Assembly: GCA_026770705.1 (NCBI GenBank)
Contig: JANJGN010000009.1
Location: 164,052,001-164,116,000, forward strand
Source of the DNA: Isurus oxyrinchus
Taxonomy: Eukaryota
DNA length: 64,000 nucleotides
Reading direction: 5' to 3'
Of the stretch, positions 24,101 through 35,959 are shown one piece after another (the first letter of the stretch is position 1; every line of letters begins with the position of its first letter). Below the pieces are notes generated by a model. It was not told the DNA's origin. It was given only the letters and a program-made list of their open reading frames with translations, and did no database searches. Both the position numbers and the translations under genes were made by a program.

Positions 24101-24434
24101 TAGGTTGCCAACCCTCCAGAATTGGCCTGGAGTCTCTAGGAATTGAAGATTAATCTCCAGAACATTGCTGTGCGCAACCCTAGAGAAAAATCATTGGGGC
24201 TTTAGAAAAGATTGTTTTTTTTTTCATTTTCTTTGAACATTTCTCTTTATCAGATATGAAAGTATTGAAAATGGAGGGAAACCATTGTTTGGCTAACAGT
24301 CAAGCATGATCCAATTGGGTACTGAGTCATTTTGCTTTCCTTTTGCCATAGGAAGGCAGTGCATTGTAAAGATAGATGTGTTGGCCAACTAATGGCCTGA
24401 CCATGAGGGTGCGATGAAACCTCCCAGAATGCAT
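24101..24434. mobile_element. hAT-like MITE
   Basis: TIR TAGG(G)TTGCCA / TGGCAACCCTA; imperfect 8-bp TSD acgcccac/gcacccac. Confidence 0.6.
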
Positions 24435-25159
24435 TTAATCACTGGCAACCCTAGCACCCACTGAGAGCCAAGCCCAGCAGGCGTCTGGAAATGACCTGGG
24501 GCATCCGTGTGACCTCCTGTTTTAACTCGCAACTGGAGGTGCAGTCGGCAACACCTGGGGTCACTAGCTTTTATAACAGTGGATAACTCTCCAGAGTGCG
24601 CCTCAAAATGGGGGCACCCTTACGTTCCCCTCTCTGCAGCAGCAGTGCCCACCTCTGCCAGTGGAATTGCACCCCTGCCAAGGCTGCAGGCCCTTTAGCC
24701 TGCCCGCCTTCCTCAATTGGATGATAGGCCCGGGTGTGGATTCTTAATTGGCTGCCTCCAGGAAGGTCTCTCAGGCAGACACATGGGTCGAGAGCCAAAT
24801 ATGGTCCCACGTTTTGATTATTTTTAAAGGGCACAAGATTCTGCCCAAGGTGTGCAGCCCTCTGAGGGCAATTACTTCTGATGTAAAATACTGCCACTCA
24901 CATCTTGTAAAGGAAATTCTTCATTTATTCTCTTACCTATGAGCAGGAAACATGAATTTTAGTCAGGGTTTGTTGTCCTGAATTTTGCAGTTACTTTGGA
25001 GTTCTGAGATTGGTACATCTAGAAAAACTTGAAGTGAACTCATTAGCTTCATGATAAGCTCACCGTATGGACTGGTTCTCTGACTGCTCAGAGGCCTGAT
25101 TTGATGGTTCTTCAAGGGTTTACCAATGTCTGACTAAAGTATATATTATTGATCCAGCT

Positions 25160-25350
25160 CTACCCCCCACCCCCTTAAACCAGCTTATATTTCACCTCTT
25201 TTCTATTTTTACTTAATTCTGTTGAAGATACATACGGACTCAAAACGTTAACTGTGTTCCTCTCTGCAGATGCTGCCAGACCTGCTGAGTTTTTCCAGGT
25301 ATTTTTATTTTTGTTTTGGATTTCCAGCATCCGCAGTTTTTTGATTTTAT
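25160..25350 (+). mobile_element. PLE pLTR fragment with degenerate hammerhead
   Basis: taaaccagcttatatttcacc...gatgctgccagacctgctgag. Confidence 0.75.
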
Positions 25351-25689
25351 ATTTTATTCCATCCAAAGTAAAAGAAGCTATTTAATAAGAATTTCTGTTC
25401 GGTGCTCTTGCATTGATATCAATGTGGTTTACATTTGTAGAAGGAAAACAGAAATTACAAAATAACTTTGTAGAACAGAAAATTTAAATTTTCTGTCTAA
25501 TTTCTTGCTTCTTGGAGATTTTCTTTACATCTGTTGAAATACCTACAGTCATTTCTGTTAAACAGCTGTGAAAATCACCTTAATGTGAACATTAGATTTA
25601 GATCTTTCATTCTCTATTTTTGTTTCAGTGAGAATAAGTGAAAATCTTTGTTCCTCATTAATACTGGGAATACATATTATTCAACATTT

Positions 25690-26425
25690 TTATTCAATCA
25701 TGGGATGTGGGCATCACTGGCTGGGCCAGCATTTATTGTCCATCCGTAATTGCCCTTGAGAAGGTGGTGGTGAGCTGTCTTCTTGAACCACGGCAGTAGT
25801 GTGGGTACACCCACAGGAGAGAGGTTCCAGGATTTTGACCCAGCGACAGTGAAGGAATAGCGATATATTCCAAGTCAGGATGGTGAGTGACTTGGAGGGA
25901 AGCTTCCAGGTGTTGCTGTTCCTATGTATCTGCTGCCCTTGTCATTCAATATGGTGATGGTCGAGGGTTTGGAAGGTGCTGTCTAAGGAACCTTGGGGAG
26001 TTCCTGCAGTGCATCTTGTAGATGGTACTCTGCATTGCCGATGGAGGAAATGGATGTTTTTGGATGAGGTGCTAATCAAGCGGAGCTGCTTTGTCCTGGA
26101 TGGTATTGAACTTCTTGAGTGTTGTTGGAGCTGCCCTCATCCAGGTAAGTGGAGTGTATTCCATCACACTCCTGACTTGTGCCTTGTAGATGGTGGACAG
26201 TCTTTGGGGGAGTCAGGTGAGTTACTCGCTGCAGGATTCCCTGTCTTTGATCTGCTCTTATAGCCACAGTACTTATATGGTAAGTCCAGATCAGTTTCTA
26301 GTAACCCCCCCAGACTGGTAGTGGGGGATTCAGCGATGGTAATGCTATTAAATGTCAAGGGCTGTTATTAGGGATGGGCAATAAATGATGGCCTAAACAG
26401 TGACACCCACATCCCATGAATGAAT
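25690..26425 (-). mobile_element. CR1/L2-group LINE 3' fragment (same family as 22918-23690)
   Basis: Reverse complement of the YKAQV-family 3' end; short inverted piece at ~26368-26425. Confidence 0.75.
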
Positions 26426-26519
26426 TAAAGAGAAATAATGTCCAGTATGACTTTGACTGAAGTGGAATATTTCCTGATGTTGCAGCTGAAGCAGCTTTAG
26501 TTATTAAGATAAACTAAAA

Positions 26520-27236
26520 GGGCAGGATTTTCCTGTGGGCTTCAGCATCCCAATGTCGGGATCAAATGGAGCTCCCAAGCTGGCACTCATCCCGAGTGAG
26601 ATGGAGGTGCAATCTTCCCAGAGGCAGCCTGCTGATTTGCTGCCTCTGTGTTTGCTGTTCTATTAAGGGTGGTCGGCGTCTCCTGGTGCTCCAGGCTCAG
26701 TCAAAGGGCTGCCAGTTCTAGAGCCTCAGTAACTCTACTGGGAGAGGGAGGTGCTACTGAGGCATTTCGGGCCCGTGAGGGTATCTCAATGTGGAGGCAC
26801 ACTCGCAGGTGAAAATTTAAAGGATGATTTCAGAGGGACTAAGCTGGTGGGCTCCTTGGAGAGGAGGGGAGACCCTTCTGGTGGAAGTGTCTGGGCCGCG
26901 GGTGCAGTCTTTCCTTGGGCCTCCAGCTCGGATGAATCCCCATCTTGTCAGCCGGGAGGCTGCCTCATCGAGTTGGGGTCACCTGCGCATGGTGAGGGTC
27001 CGCTCCGTTACCGACAAAATGCTGGTAGTGCCACAAAATCACCCGTAATTGGGGCCTTAACTATGTAATTGCCTCCCTGCCTCGGCTCTGTGGGCAGCTG
27101 TCCCTTGTCTCAGTCTGTCCCTGGGGAAACTTCCTGGCAGCAGGAATGCATCGCGTGTTGCCCTGATGGGCCATTCCCTATTTTCCTGGCTCCTCGGCCT
27201 CCAAGACTATCATAACAAGGCTGGAAAATTCAGTCC
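26520..27236. mobile_element. Harbinger-type MITE
   Basis: TIRs GGGCAGGATTTTCC / GGAAAATTCAGTCC, flanked by AAA on both sides. Confidence 0.7.
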
Positions 27237-27959
27237 AAAGGGTTGGGCCAATTTAGTTCAGGGCGGTTTAGAGTAAGAGGTAATGTGATAGAGCTGTATA
27301 GAATAATGAAAGGCTGGATTCTGTGCTTATTGATAGAATTATTTCTGTTTGATACGCTAGATGTTGGACGATAATTCTTTTCCTAGAGAGTAGTGTGTCT
27401 ATGGTGTGGTGGATGCTGACTCTCTGAATGCTATTAAGAAGGAGCTGGATTCTTAGCTGGGGTAGATTTTGCATCACAAAGAAACTAAGTAGGGTTAACA
27501 GTTAACACACACAGTCAGTTTGAACACTGAGGTTCTGCAAAGGGGTTTCAACGAGCTGAATTCTAGGTTAAGGAGTAAAAAATCCAACACGATCGGAATT
27601 CGGAATTTCTCCCATTTTCACAAACTGGACCAGTCAGGAATGGCAAGATTAGAATTGTCAATGTCTGTCTGGAAAGATGATGTAGCAAGCAGGGTTTCAA
27701 ATTCTTGGGACAGTAGAACCACTTTCAAAGCTAGGGATGGCTGTGAAATGTAATGGCTTTCATGTAAACCAGAGAAACGCCCACATCCTTGTGAAAAGTG
27801 TGAAAGGGCAATGGGGGAAGATTTAAGCTGGTTAGGGTGATGTGTGAAAAGGAAAATTCACAATATTAGTCAAAAAATGAGAGAAAAAGAACAGCAGTCT
27901 AAATGAGCAGATGTGAAAGATAACTCAGATAAAGTGTCAATTGTGGTTTATATATTGTA

Positions 27960-28360
27960 TTCACACTTCTGAGTCTAAAATTCAAACCACATATAATCTA
28001 GTGAATCACACATTCTTCAGTGAAGTACTGAGGGAGTGCTAAACGATCAGGGGTACAGTCATTCAAATGGGAAGTTGAACCGAGGCCCTGTCTGCCCTCT
28101 CAGGCGGATGTAGAGGATCCCATGACACTATTTGAAGAAGAGGAGGGGAATTCTCTTGGTATCCTGGCCAATATTGCCACCATTATAACTAATAACAAAT
28201 AATCTGCTCATCACCAAATTGTTGAGAGTGTGTGTGTAAATTGGCTGCTGCATTTGTACATTGCAATAGAGACTATGTTGCAAAAGTAAATCATCAATTG
28301 TTTTGTGCTTTTGGACATCCTTAGGTCATGAAAGGTGCTATATAAATGCAAGTTCTTTTT
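27960..28360 (+). mobile_element. Deu-domain SINE
   Basis: gtactgagggagtgct core; aaggtgctatataaatgcaagttctttt tail. Confidence 0.7.
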
Positions 28361-28374
28361 CATTCGTTTTCAAT

Positions 28375-29180
28375 CTTGTAGTTGGTACATGCTGCTACCA
28401 CCGTGCAAGGTAGTGGTGGGTGGTGGGGTGGGGGAGAATATTTAAGGTGGTGGATGGGGTGCCTAGCAAGGGGATTGCTTTGTCTTGGATGGTGTTGAGC
28501 TTCTTGAGTGTGAGCTGCACTCATTCAGGCAAGCGGAGGATATTCCACCACACTCCTGACTTGTGCCTTGCAGATGACGGACACATTTTGAGGAGAAAGG
28601 AGGTGAGTTACTCACCGTCGAAATCCCAGCCTTTGATCAGCTCATGTAGCCACAGTTTTTATATGGCTGGTCCAGTCAAGCTTCTGGTCAATATTAACCT
28701 TCAGATATTGATGGTTGGGGATTCAATGGTGGAATTGATGTTGATTATCAGGAGGAAATTGCTTGATTCTCTTGTTGGGGATGGACATTGCCTGGTACTT
28801 ATGTAGTTGGAATGTTATTTTCCACTATCAGCCAAACCTAAATATTGTCCAGGTCTTGCTGCATGTAGGCAAAGACTGCTTCAGCATCTGTGGAGTCGCG
28901 ATTGGTACTGAAAATTGTACAATAGTCAGTGAACATCCCCACTTCTGACCTTATGCTGGAGTGAAAGTCATTGATGAAGCAGCTGAAGATGGTTGGGCCT
29001 AGGACTTTACCCTGAGGATCTCCTGCAGTGATATCCTGGAACTGAGATGATTGGCCTCCAACAACCACAACCATCTTCCTTTGTGCTGGGTATGAATCCA
29101 GCCCGCAGAGAGTTTTCCCCCTGATTCCCAATGAATCCAGTTTTACTCGGGGTCCTTGATGCCACACCCGGTCGAAAGCT
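28375..29180 (-). mobile_element. CR1/L2-group LINE RT fragment
   Basis: AFDRVWHQG...AGDPQGKVLGPTIFSCFIND...MFTDY (RT motifs). Confidence 0.8.
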
Positions 29181-29184
29181 GCCA

Positions 29185-30120
29185 GCAACAACTTGATTTT
29201 ATGTAGCATCTTTAACGTGGTTAAGAGGGTCCATGGCACATCACAGGAGCATTGTCAAATAACATTTGACACTGGGACACATAAGGAGATATCAGGACAC
29301 ATGACCAAAGGCTTCGCCAATGAGGTAGGTTTTAAGGAGCATTTTAAAGGAGGAGAGAGAGGTAGATGGGCAGAGAAGTTCAGGGAGGGAATTCAAGAGC
29401 TTAGGGTCTCTGCAGTTAAAAGTTCAGCAACCAATTCTGCAGTGATTACAATTGGAGATGTGCAAGAGGACAGACTTAAAGGAGCTGGAGGGCTGGAGGA
29501 GAATGCAGAGATAGGGGGAGATGGAGTCATGTAGGATTTTAAAGCAAAGATGAGAATGTTAAAATTGATGTGTTGTTTAAATGGGAGCCAATATAAATCA
29601 ACGAGCACAGGGGTAAATGGGACTTTGTGCACATTACGATAAGGTCAGCCGCGATTCGGATGACCTCAAGTTTACGGAGATTGAACATGGGAGGGTGAGC
29701 AGGAGGGCATTAGAATAGTCGTGTAGAGATTGAAAAAGGCATAGATGAGGGTTTTAGCAGCAGATGAGCTGAGACAGGGGCAGAGTGGGGTGATGTTACG
29801 GAGGTGGAAAAAGGTGATCTTAGTGATAGCATGGGTATATAGTCAGAAGCTCATCTTGGGTTGAAGTATGACACTAAGTTTGTGAACTGCCTGGTTTAGC
29901 CTGAGACAGATGCTAGGGAGTGAGATGGAGTCAGTGTCTAGGGAATGGAATATGTGGCAGGGACAAACAGCAATAGCTTTGGCTGTCTCGATATTTAGCT
30001 GGAGGAAATTTCTGTTCAGGTCGTACTGGGACATGCAGCCTGACAGTTTAGAGACAGTGGAGGGATTGAGAGAGCTGGTGGTGAGGTAGAGATATGGGTC
30101 AGGTGGAACAATACCACTGG
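29185..30120 (-). mobile_element. L2 LINE 3' fragment
   Basis: Minus-strand NFLQLNIE and TPVLVDLYWLPFKQHINFNILI motifs, typical of L2 ORF2. Confidence 0.75.
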
Positions 30121-30869
30121 CATTTCTCATACAAGATTTGGAAAATAACTGATAGGAGATAAAATATGCATGTCTGTTTGCACTCCTTGTTAATAGATAG
30201 CCATTTAAAAAAATCCTGGGTTATATTCAGCCTCACATCTGTCTCACTCCTATTAAGCCCCTGATCATAAGCATGCTGATTATTGCACTGCCACTGCAAG
30301 CTTTTAAGCATAAATGAAGTGGTTGAAGGACTTCCTGGCACCGAGGAGCAGAGAACAGTACATGAGCTTTGACTTCTACAGAGATACACCAGTGAAATGT
30401 TATCAAAACTCCAAGGACCTAACTCTCCCTTTCCAGTATAAATTGCATAGCACAGAGCACGCCTCTGAGACACGTTTAAATATAAACAGACAGCCATACA
30501 TTGTGGTGTCGTCATGTGCTCATTAGTCATTCAATACAACCAGAGGAACAGAAAAAAATCTTACAACTGCGATTTTGAAACAGGTTTTCTCTTGACTCAA
30601 CCCTTTCAGCTTCTATTTTTAAACCTCTTACCACTTCTGAATGGGAAGTTGGTGGTTCAACCACGTGGTCCAATTTACTACATCACCGTAATGCTGAACT
30701 ATTCACGTTCCTTTCCCCAAAGCCACCTGTAATCCTTTTATAGGCATTAAAGTCAGCGCAGTAATTTAATAACAGATATTTTAAAAGACAGTTGTTCATC
30801 AAATATCTCTTTTTTTTTAGCAACATAATGCAAAACTAATCATGGGGCTGGTATTACATTTTAAACAAA

Positions 30870-31490
30870 ACAAATAGCTTTCACCACCCCAGGAGGTCCC
30901 AAAGTGCTTTACAGCCAGTGAAGTAATGGAGGAAACTTAGCAGCCAATTTGCACATAGCAAGCTCCCATCAAAAGCTATGAAATAAATGACCAGATCGTC
31001 TTCATTTTTAGATATTGGTTTCGGGAGAACTCCTTTGAAAAGTGTGGTGCGATTTCTTTTCCTCTCCACCTTAGAAGGCAGGCAGCAGGGCTTCATCTCA
31101 TCAAAAGATGGCACCTACGGACAGTGCAGCATGCCCTCAATACTGCCAGCCTGGACTGCGCACTCAAGTTACTGGATTGTGACTTGAATTCACAAACGTT
31201 TTGACTCAGAGGTGAGAGTGTTACATACTGAGCCAAGACTGAGATGCGGAGAAACTTCTTTAGCCAGAGAGTGGTGAATCTATGGAATTCATTGCCACAG
31301 AAGGCTGTGGAGGCCAGGTCATTGAGTGTATTTAAGATGGAGGTAGATAGGTTCTTGATTGGTAAGGGGATCAAAGGTTACAGGGAGAAGGGGGGAGAAT
31401 GGGGCTGAGAAACTTATCAGCCATGATTGAATGGCGGAGTAGGCTCGATGGGTCGAATGGCCTAATTTCTGCTCCTTTGTCTTATTGTCT
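30870..31490. mobile_element. Minus-strand Deu-SINE (30870-31235) abutting a + strand CR1 3' end (31238-31490)
   Basis: SINE tail/core on the minus strand; gagatgcggagaaacttctttagccagagagtggtgaatctatggaattc CR1 end. Confidence 0.7.
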
Positions 31491-32599
31491 TCCGGACCGA
31501 CATATTGACGAAATCATTCTCAATAACTTGTCCTGTACATGTCATTCCTATGACCTGTCAACGGCCTATTAAGGTCATTAAAAAACTGATTGAGGTTATT
31601 AATGAACCTGCCCGTCCATGAAACCTCGGGCGGGATGATGTTTCATGAGGGATTTAAAAATCTAAGAATATTTCAAAATAAAAGTTATGGACATGTCCCA
31701 ACTCTTGTGTTGGAGTCACATGGGGGGACATTGTAGTGAAATTTATTTCTCAGCTTTGTTTAAAGTTTAACATCTGAGCCGATCTCCCTGAGGCAGCACT
31801 TTTCCTCAGGGAGATCTGTGCACTCCTTCGCGCACTCCTGGCTGAGGGAATCCCCACCGCACCCCCCCTCACCCCGCCACACAGCGCATAGGGAGCGCAT
31901 TGCACTTCCTGGCGGACATCACGCTGGGCGGGCCTTAATTGGCCCATCCACGTAAAATGGCAGCGAGCCCCGACCAGGGGTGCCAATCAGGAACCTGCCC
32001 ACCTGTGCCCGCTCCCCCACATCCACCTGGCAGGAGGAAAATGTTGCCCCTAGGAATTTTTAGGTTGCATCAAACAGAAAGCATGTAAATATTCAACCCG
32101 ACAAAAACTTATTTTATTCATTCTTGGGTTGTGGGGGCCATTGGCAAGACCCTGTTGTCCATCCCTAACTGTCCTTGAGAAGATGGTGGTGAGTTGCCTT
32201 CTTGAGCCGCTGCTGTCCTTGTTAGGGTGTTAGGTGTTGGGGAGAGAAGTCAGATTACTGACCCAGTGAAAATGAAGGAACAGCATTATGGTTTCTGGTC
32301 AGGATACTGAGTAACTTGGAGAGGAACTTGCACATGGTGGTGTTCCCACACATCTGTTATCTTTATTCTACTAGATGGTAGAATTCAAGTGTTTGGAAGA
32401 TGCTGTCGAAGGAGCCTTGGTGAATTGCTATTACCTCAGACTACTTTTAAAGCATTTAAATTAGACAAAGGCTAGCTCCATTTACAATGTAATAAACTCA
32501 CATTCAGCTAATACTCAGGCCTATAACAAAAACCTATTTTTGGTGTTAATGATTTGGACACTCTGCAAGTTCTCACTTTATTTGTTTGAAGATACAACT

Positions 32600-33358
32600 A
32601 TCAAGTGGCACTCACTTAGCAATAACCAGGTGATTGACGCTTAGTTTGGGTTCCGCCAGGATCATTCAGCTCTGACCTCAAATATGGACAAAAGAGATGA
32701 ACTCCAGAGGTAAAGCGAGTGTGACTGCCCTTGTCATCAAGGCAGCATTTGACCAATCATGGCATCATGAAGCCCCAGCAAAACTGAAGTCATTGGGGAT
32801 CAGGAGTAAAACTCTCCAATGGTTGGAGTCATACCGAGCACAAAGGAAGATGTTTGTGGTTGTTGGAGGTCAATCATCTCAGTTCCAGAGCATCACTGCT
32901 GGAGTTTCTCAGGATAGTGTCCTAGGCCCAACCACCTTTAGCTGCTTCACAATGACCTACCTTCTGCAATAAGGTCAGATGTGGGGATGTTCGCTGATGA
33001 TTGCACATTCAGCACCATTCACGACATCTCAGGTACTGAAGCAGTCCATGTCCAAATGCAGCAAGACCTGGACAATATCCAGGCTTGGGCTAACAAGTGA
33101 AAAGTAACATTCGCACCACACAAGTGCCAGGCAATGGCCATCCCCAACAAGAGAGAATCTAACCATTGCCCCTTGACATTTAATAGCATTACCATCACTG
33201 AATCCCCCACTATCAGTCTGGGGGGGTTACTAGAAACTGAACTGGACTAGCCATATAAATACTGTGGCTGTAAGAGCAGATCAAAGACAGGGAATCCTGC
33301 AGCGAGTAACTCACCTGACTCCCCCAAAGCCTGTCCACCATCTACAAGGCACAAGTCA
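32600..33358 (+). mobile_element. CR1/L2-group LINE RT fragment
   Basis: IKAAFDQSWH...AGVSQDSVLGPTTFSCF; gttcgctgatgat (FADD). Confidence 0.8.
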
Positions 33359-33943
33359 AGGAGGCTGAGGTGGAGGTGGTGACTGAGAAGGTTGAGGTGG
33401 AGGCAGTGACTGAGGAGGTTGAGGTGGAGGCAGTGACTGAGGAGGCTGAGGTGGAAGCAGTGACTGAGGAGGTTGAGGTGGAGGCAGCGACTGAGGAGGC
33501 TGAGGTGGAGGCAGTGACTGAGGAGGCTGAGGTGGAGGCAGTGACTGAGGAGGTTGAGGTGGAGATGGTGACTGAGGAGGCTGTGGAGGAGGTGGTGACT
33601 GAGGAGGCTGAGGTGGAGGCAGTGACTGAGGAGGTTGAGGTGGAGGCAGTGGCTGAGGAGGTTCAGGTGGAGGCAGTGACTGAGGAGGTTGAGGTGGAGG
33701 CAGTGGCTGAGGAGGTTCAGGTGGAGGCAGTGACTGAGGAGGCTGAGGAGGAGGTGGTGACTGAGGAGGCTGAGGAGGAGGTGGTGACTGAGGAGGCTGA
33801 GGTGGAGGCAGTGACTGAGGAGGCTCAGGTGGAGGCAGTGACTGAGGAGGCTGAGGTGGAGGTGGTGACTGAGGAGGCTGAGGAGGAGGCAGTGACTGAG
33901 GAGGCTCAGGTGGAGGCAGTGACTGAGGAGGCTGAGTTGGAGA
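33359..33943 (+). repeat. 27-bp minisatellite (GAGGAGGYTGAGGTGGAGGCAGTGACT)n
   Basis: About 21 tandem units; open frame EEAEVEAVT. Confidence 0.95.
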
Positions 33944-34569
33944 GTAAGAGAGAATGGGAGAGGTGATGAGAGAGAGTGGGAGAGAGAGAGAGAAAGAGAG
34001 ACCAAGATGGAAAGGTGGGAGAGCGATAGAGGGCGGGAAACTGGAGACAGAGAGAGAGACAGTGGGAAAGGGGGAGAAAGAGAATGGGAACACGGTGGGC
34101 AGAGAGAGAGAGAGTGGGAAAGGGTCAGGGTGGGAAGGCCAGGCAGGGGGATCAGGTCAGGGACACAGGCCCATGCAAGCACATTCCAGGCAGGCCTGAG
34201 GGGGAGGGGATGTGTCCAGCCTGGTATGAGGATTGGGTGGTCCTGACTCCCTCCAGGGGAAGGGGCTGTAGAAGAGAATTGAAAGTGAGAGGGGGGTGAG
34301 CCGCAGACTGCTCCGTTGGTCTCAGCAGCACTTTCACCCCACTCCTCCAGTGAGGGGACTCGCACGTTTTATGGCAGAGGCAGCAACAGCCTCAGAGAAG
34401 GCGGCAACTGAGGAGGACACGGCAATGGCTGAAGTGGAGGCACAGAAATGGAGGTGGAGGCTGCGGGTCGGGCAATATGGCAGAGGAGGAGTTGGCAAGG
34501 GCAGCGGAAGCAGAGGTGGTGATGGAGTTGGCAACAGCAGTGGAGTTGGCTGAGGAAGAGGCAAGAGTG

Positions 34570-35105
34570 GAGGAGGCTGAGGTGGAGGAAGTAGCTGAGG
34601 AGGCTGAGGTGGAGGCAGTGACTGAGGAGGCTGAGGTGGAGGCAGTGGCTGAGGAGTTTGAGGTGGAGGCAATGGCTGAGGAGGCTGAGTTGGAGTCAGT
34701 GACTGAGGAGGTTGAGGTGGAGGTGGTGACTGAGGAGGTTGAGCTGGAGTCATTGGCTGAGGAGGCTGAGGTGGAGGTGGTGACTGAGGAGGTTGAGGTG
34801 GAGGCGGTGACTGAGGAGGTTGAGGTGGAGTCAGTGGCTGAGGAGGCTGAGGTGGAGGTGGTGACTGAGGAGGTTGAGGTGGCGTCAGTGACTGAGGAGG
34901 TTGAGGTGGAGGCAGTGACTGAGGAGGTTGAGGTGGAGGCAGTGACTGAGGAGGTTGAGGTGGAGGCAGTGACTGAGGAGGTTGAGGTGGAGGCAGTGAC
35001 TGAGGAGGTTGAGGAGGAGGCAGTGACTGAGGAGGCTGAGGTGGAGGCAGTGACTGAGGAGGCTGAGGTGGAGGCAGTGACTGAGGAGGCTGAGGTGGAG
35101 GTGGT
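34570..35105 (+). repeat. 27-bp minisatellite inside the 305-aa acidic ORF 34477-35394
   Basis: About 20 units of the same repeat. Confidence 0.95.
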
Positions 35106-35959
35106 TGCCGAGGCGATGGAGGTAGTGAATGTCGGGGTGGAGGAGGAGACATCAGCAGCGACAGCAGCAGAGACAGTGACTGAGGCTGAGGAGGGGGAGG
35201 CAGCGGCTGTGACAGTGACAGAGGGAGAAGCAGCGAAGGCGGCAGCAGCAAAGGCTGAGGCCACAGTGAGGGAGGCTGTGGAGAGGGAGGTGGAGGTGGG
35301 GCAGAGGCAGCGAGGAGACGGTACGAGACCAGGAGCAGCAACAAAACCTGCCTTGTGGTTTGTGAGGCTCAGGGCAATGGCGACTATGAGTTGATATCTT
35401 CCATGTGCCATGTGTGTGTCTCCGAGTCAGCGCACCGGACCACACTGCTTCTGCCCGATTAGGGCGCTTCAGTGGAGTCCGACACCAGTCCAGTGCCACC
35501 CAGCTCCCATTCCCGAGGACAGGTGATGGAACCTGCCCAGTGCCAGGATGAGCTGCTTGGTAAGATCGGGAGGTGGGAAGTAGAGAAGGCAGCCGACCAG
35601 GAAAAGCTGGAGGATATCTCCAGGATTACTGACTGTCTCCAAGAAGAAACTCTTGTAGCCTTCAGGCAGGGTATATATATGTTTATATAGCTGCAATTTA
35701 AAGTTACCTGCCACATCCCTTTTAACACTTTCTAATGCAGCATCGCTCTGATCAGAATCAGATTTATTGGGGTTGTGCAAATGTCTCCCCAGCCTCTGAT
35801 ATAACATTAAAAAGCTGCTTTTTCCTTTCCAGTTGCAGTAAGAGGACTGTCCCAGCCTCTCAATGTGACAGGGCAGCCCAGGACTATGTCTCTCAGGAGC
35901 CTCAGCCTTTACAATTGTTCTACAGGTCTGAACTTTTCTCAGCTTGTTTGGACAAGAAC

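Noticed and set aside
33247-35411. Pro/Gln-, Ser/Thr- and Leu/His-rich minus-strand ORFs (also 61027-61858)
   Set aside because: Alternative frames of the 27-bp minisatellite, which lacks stops on that strand.
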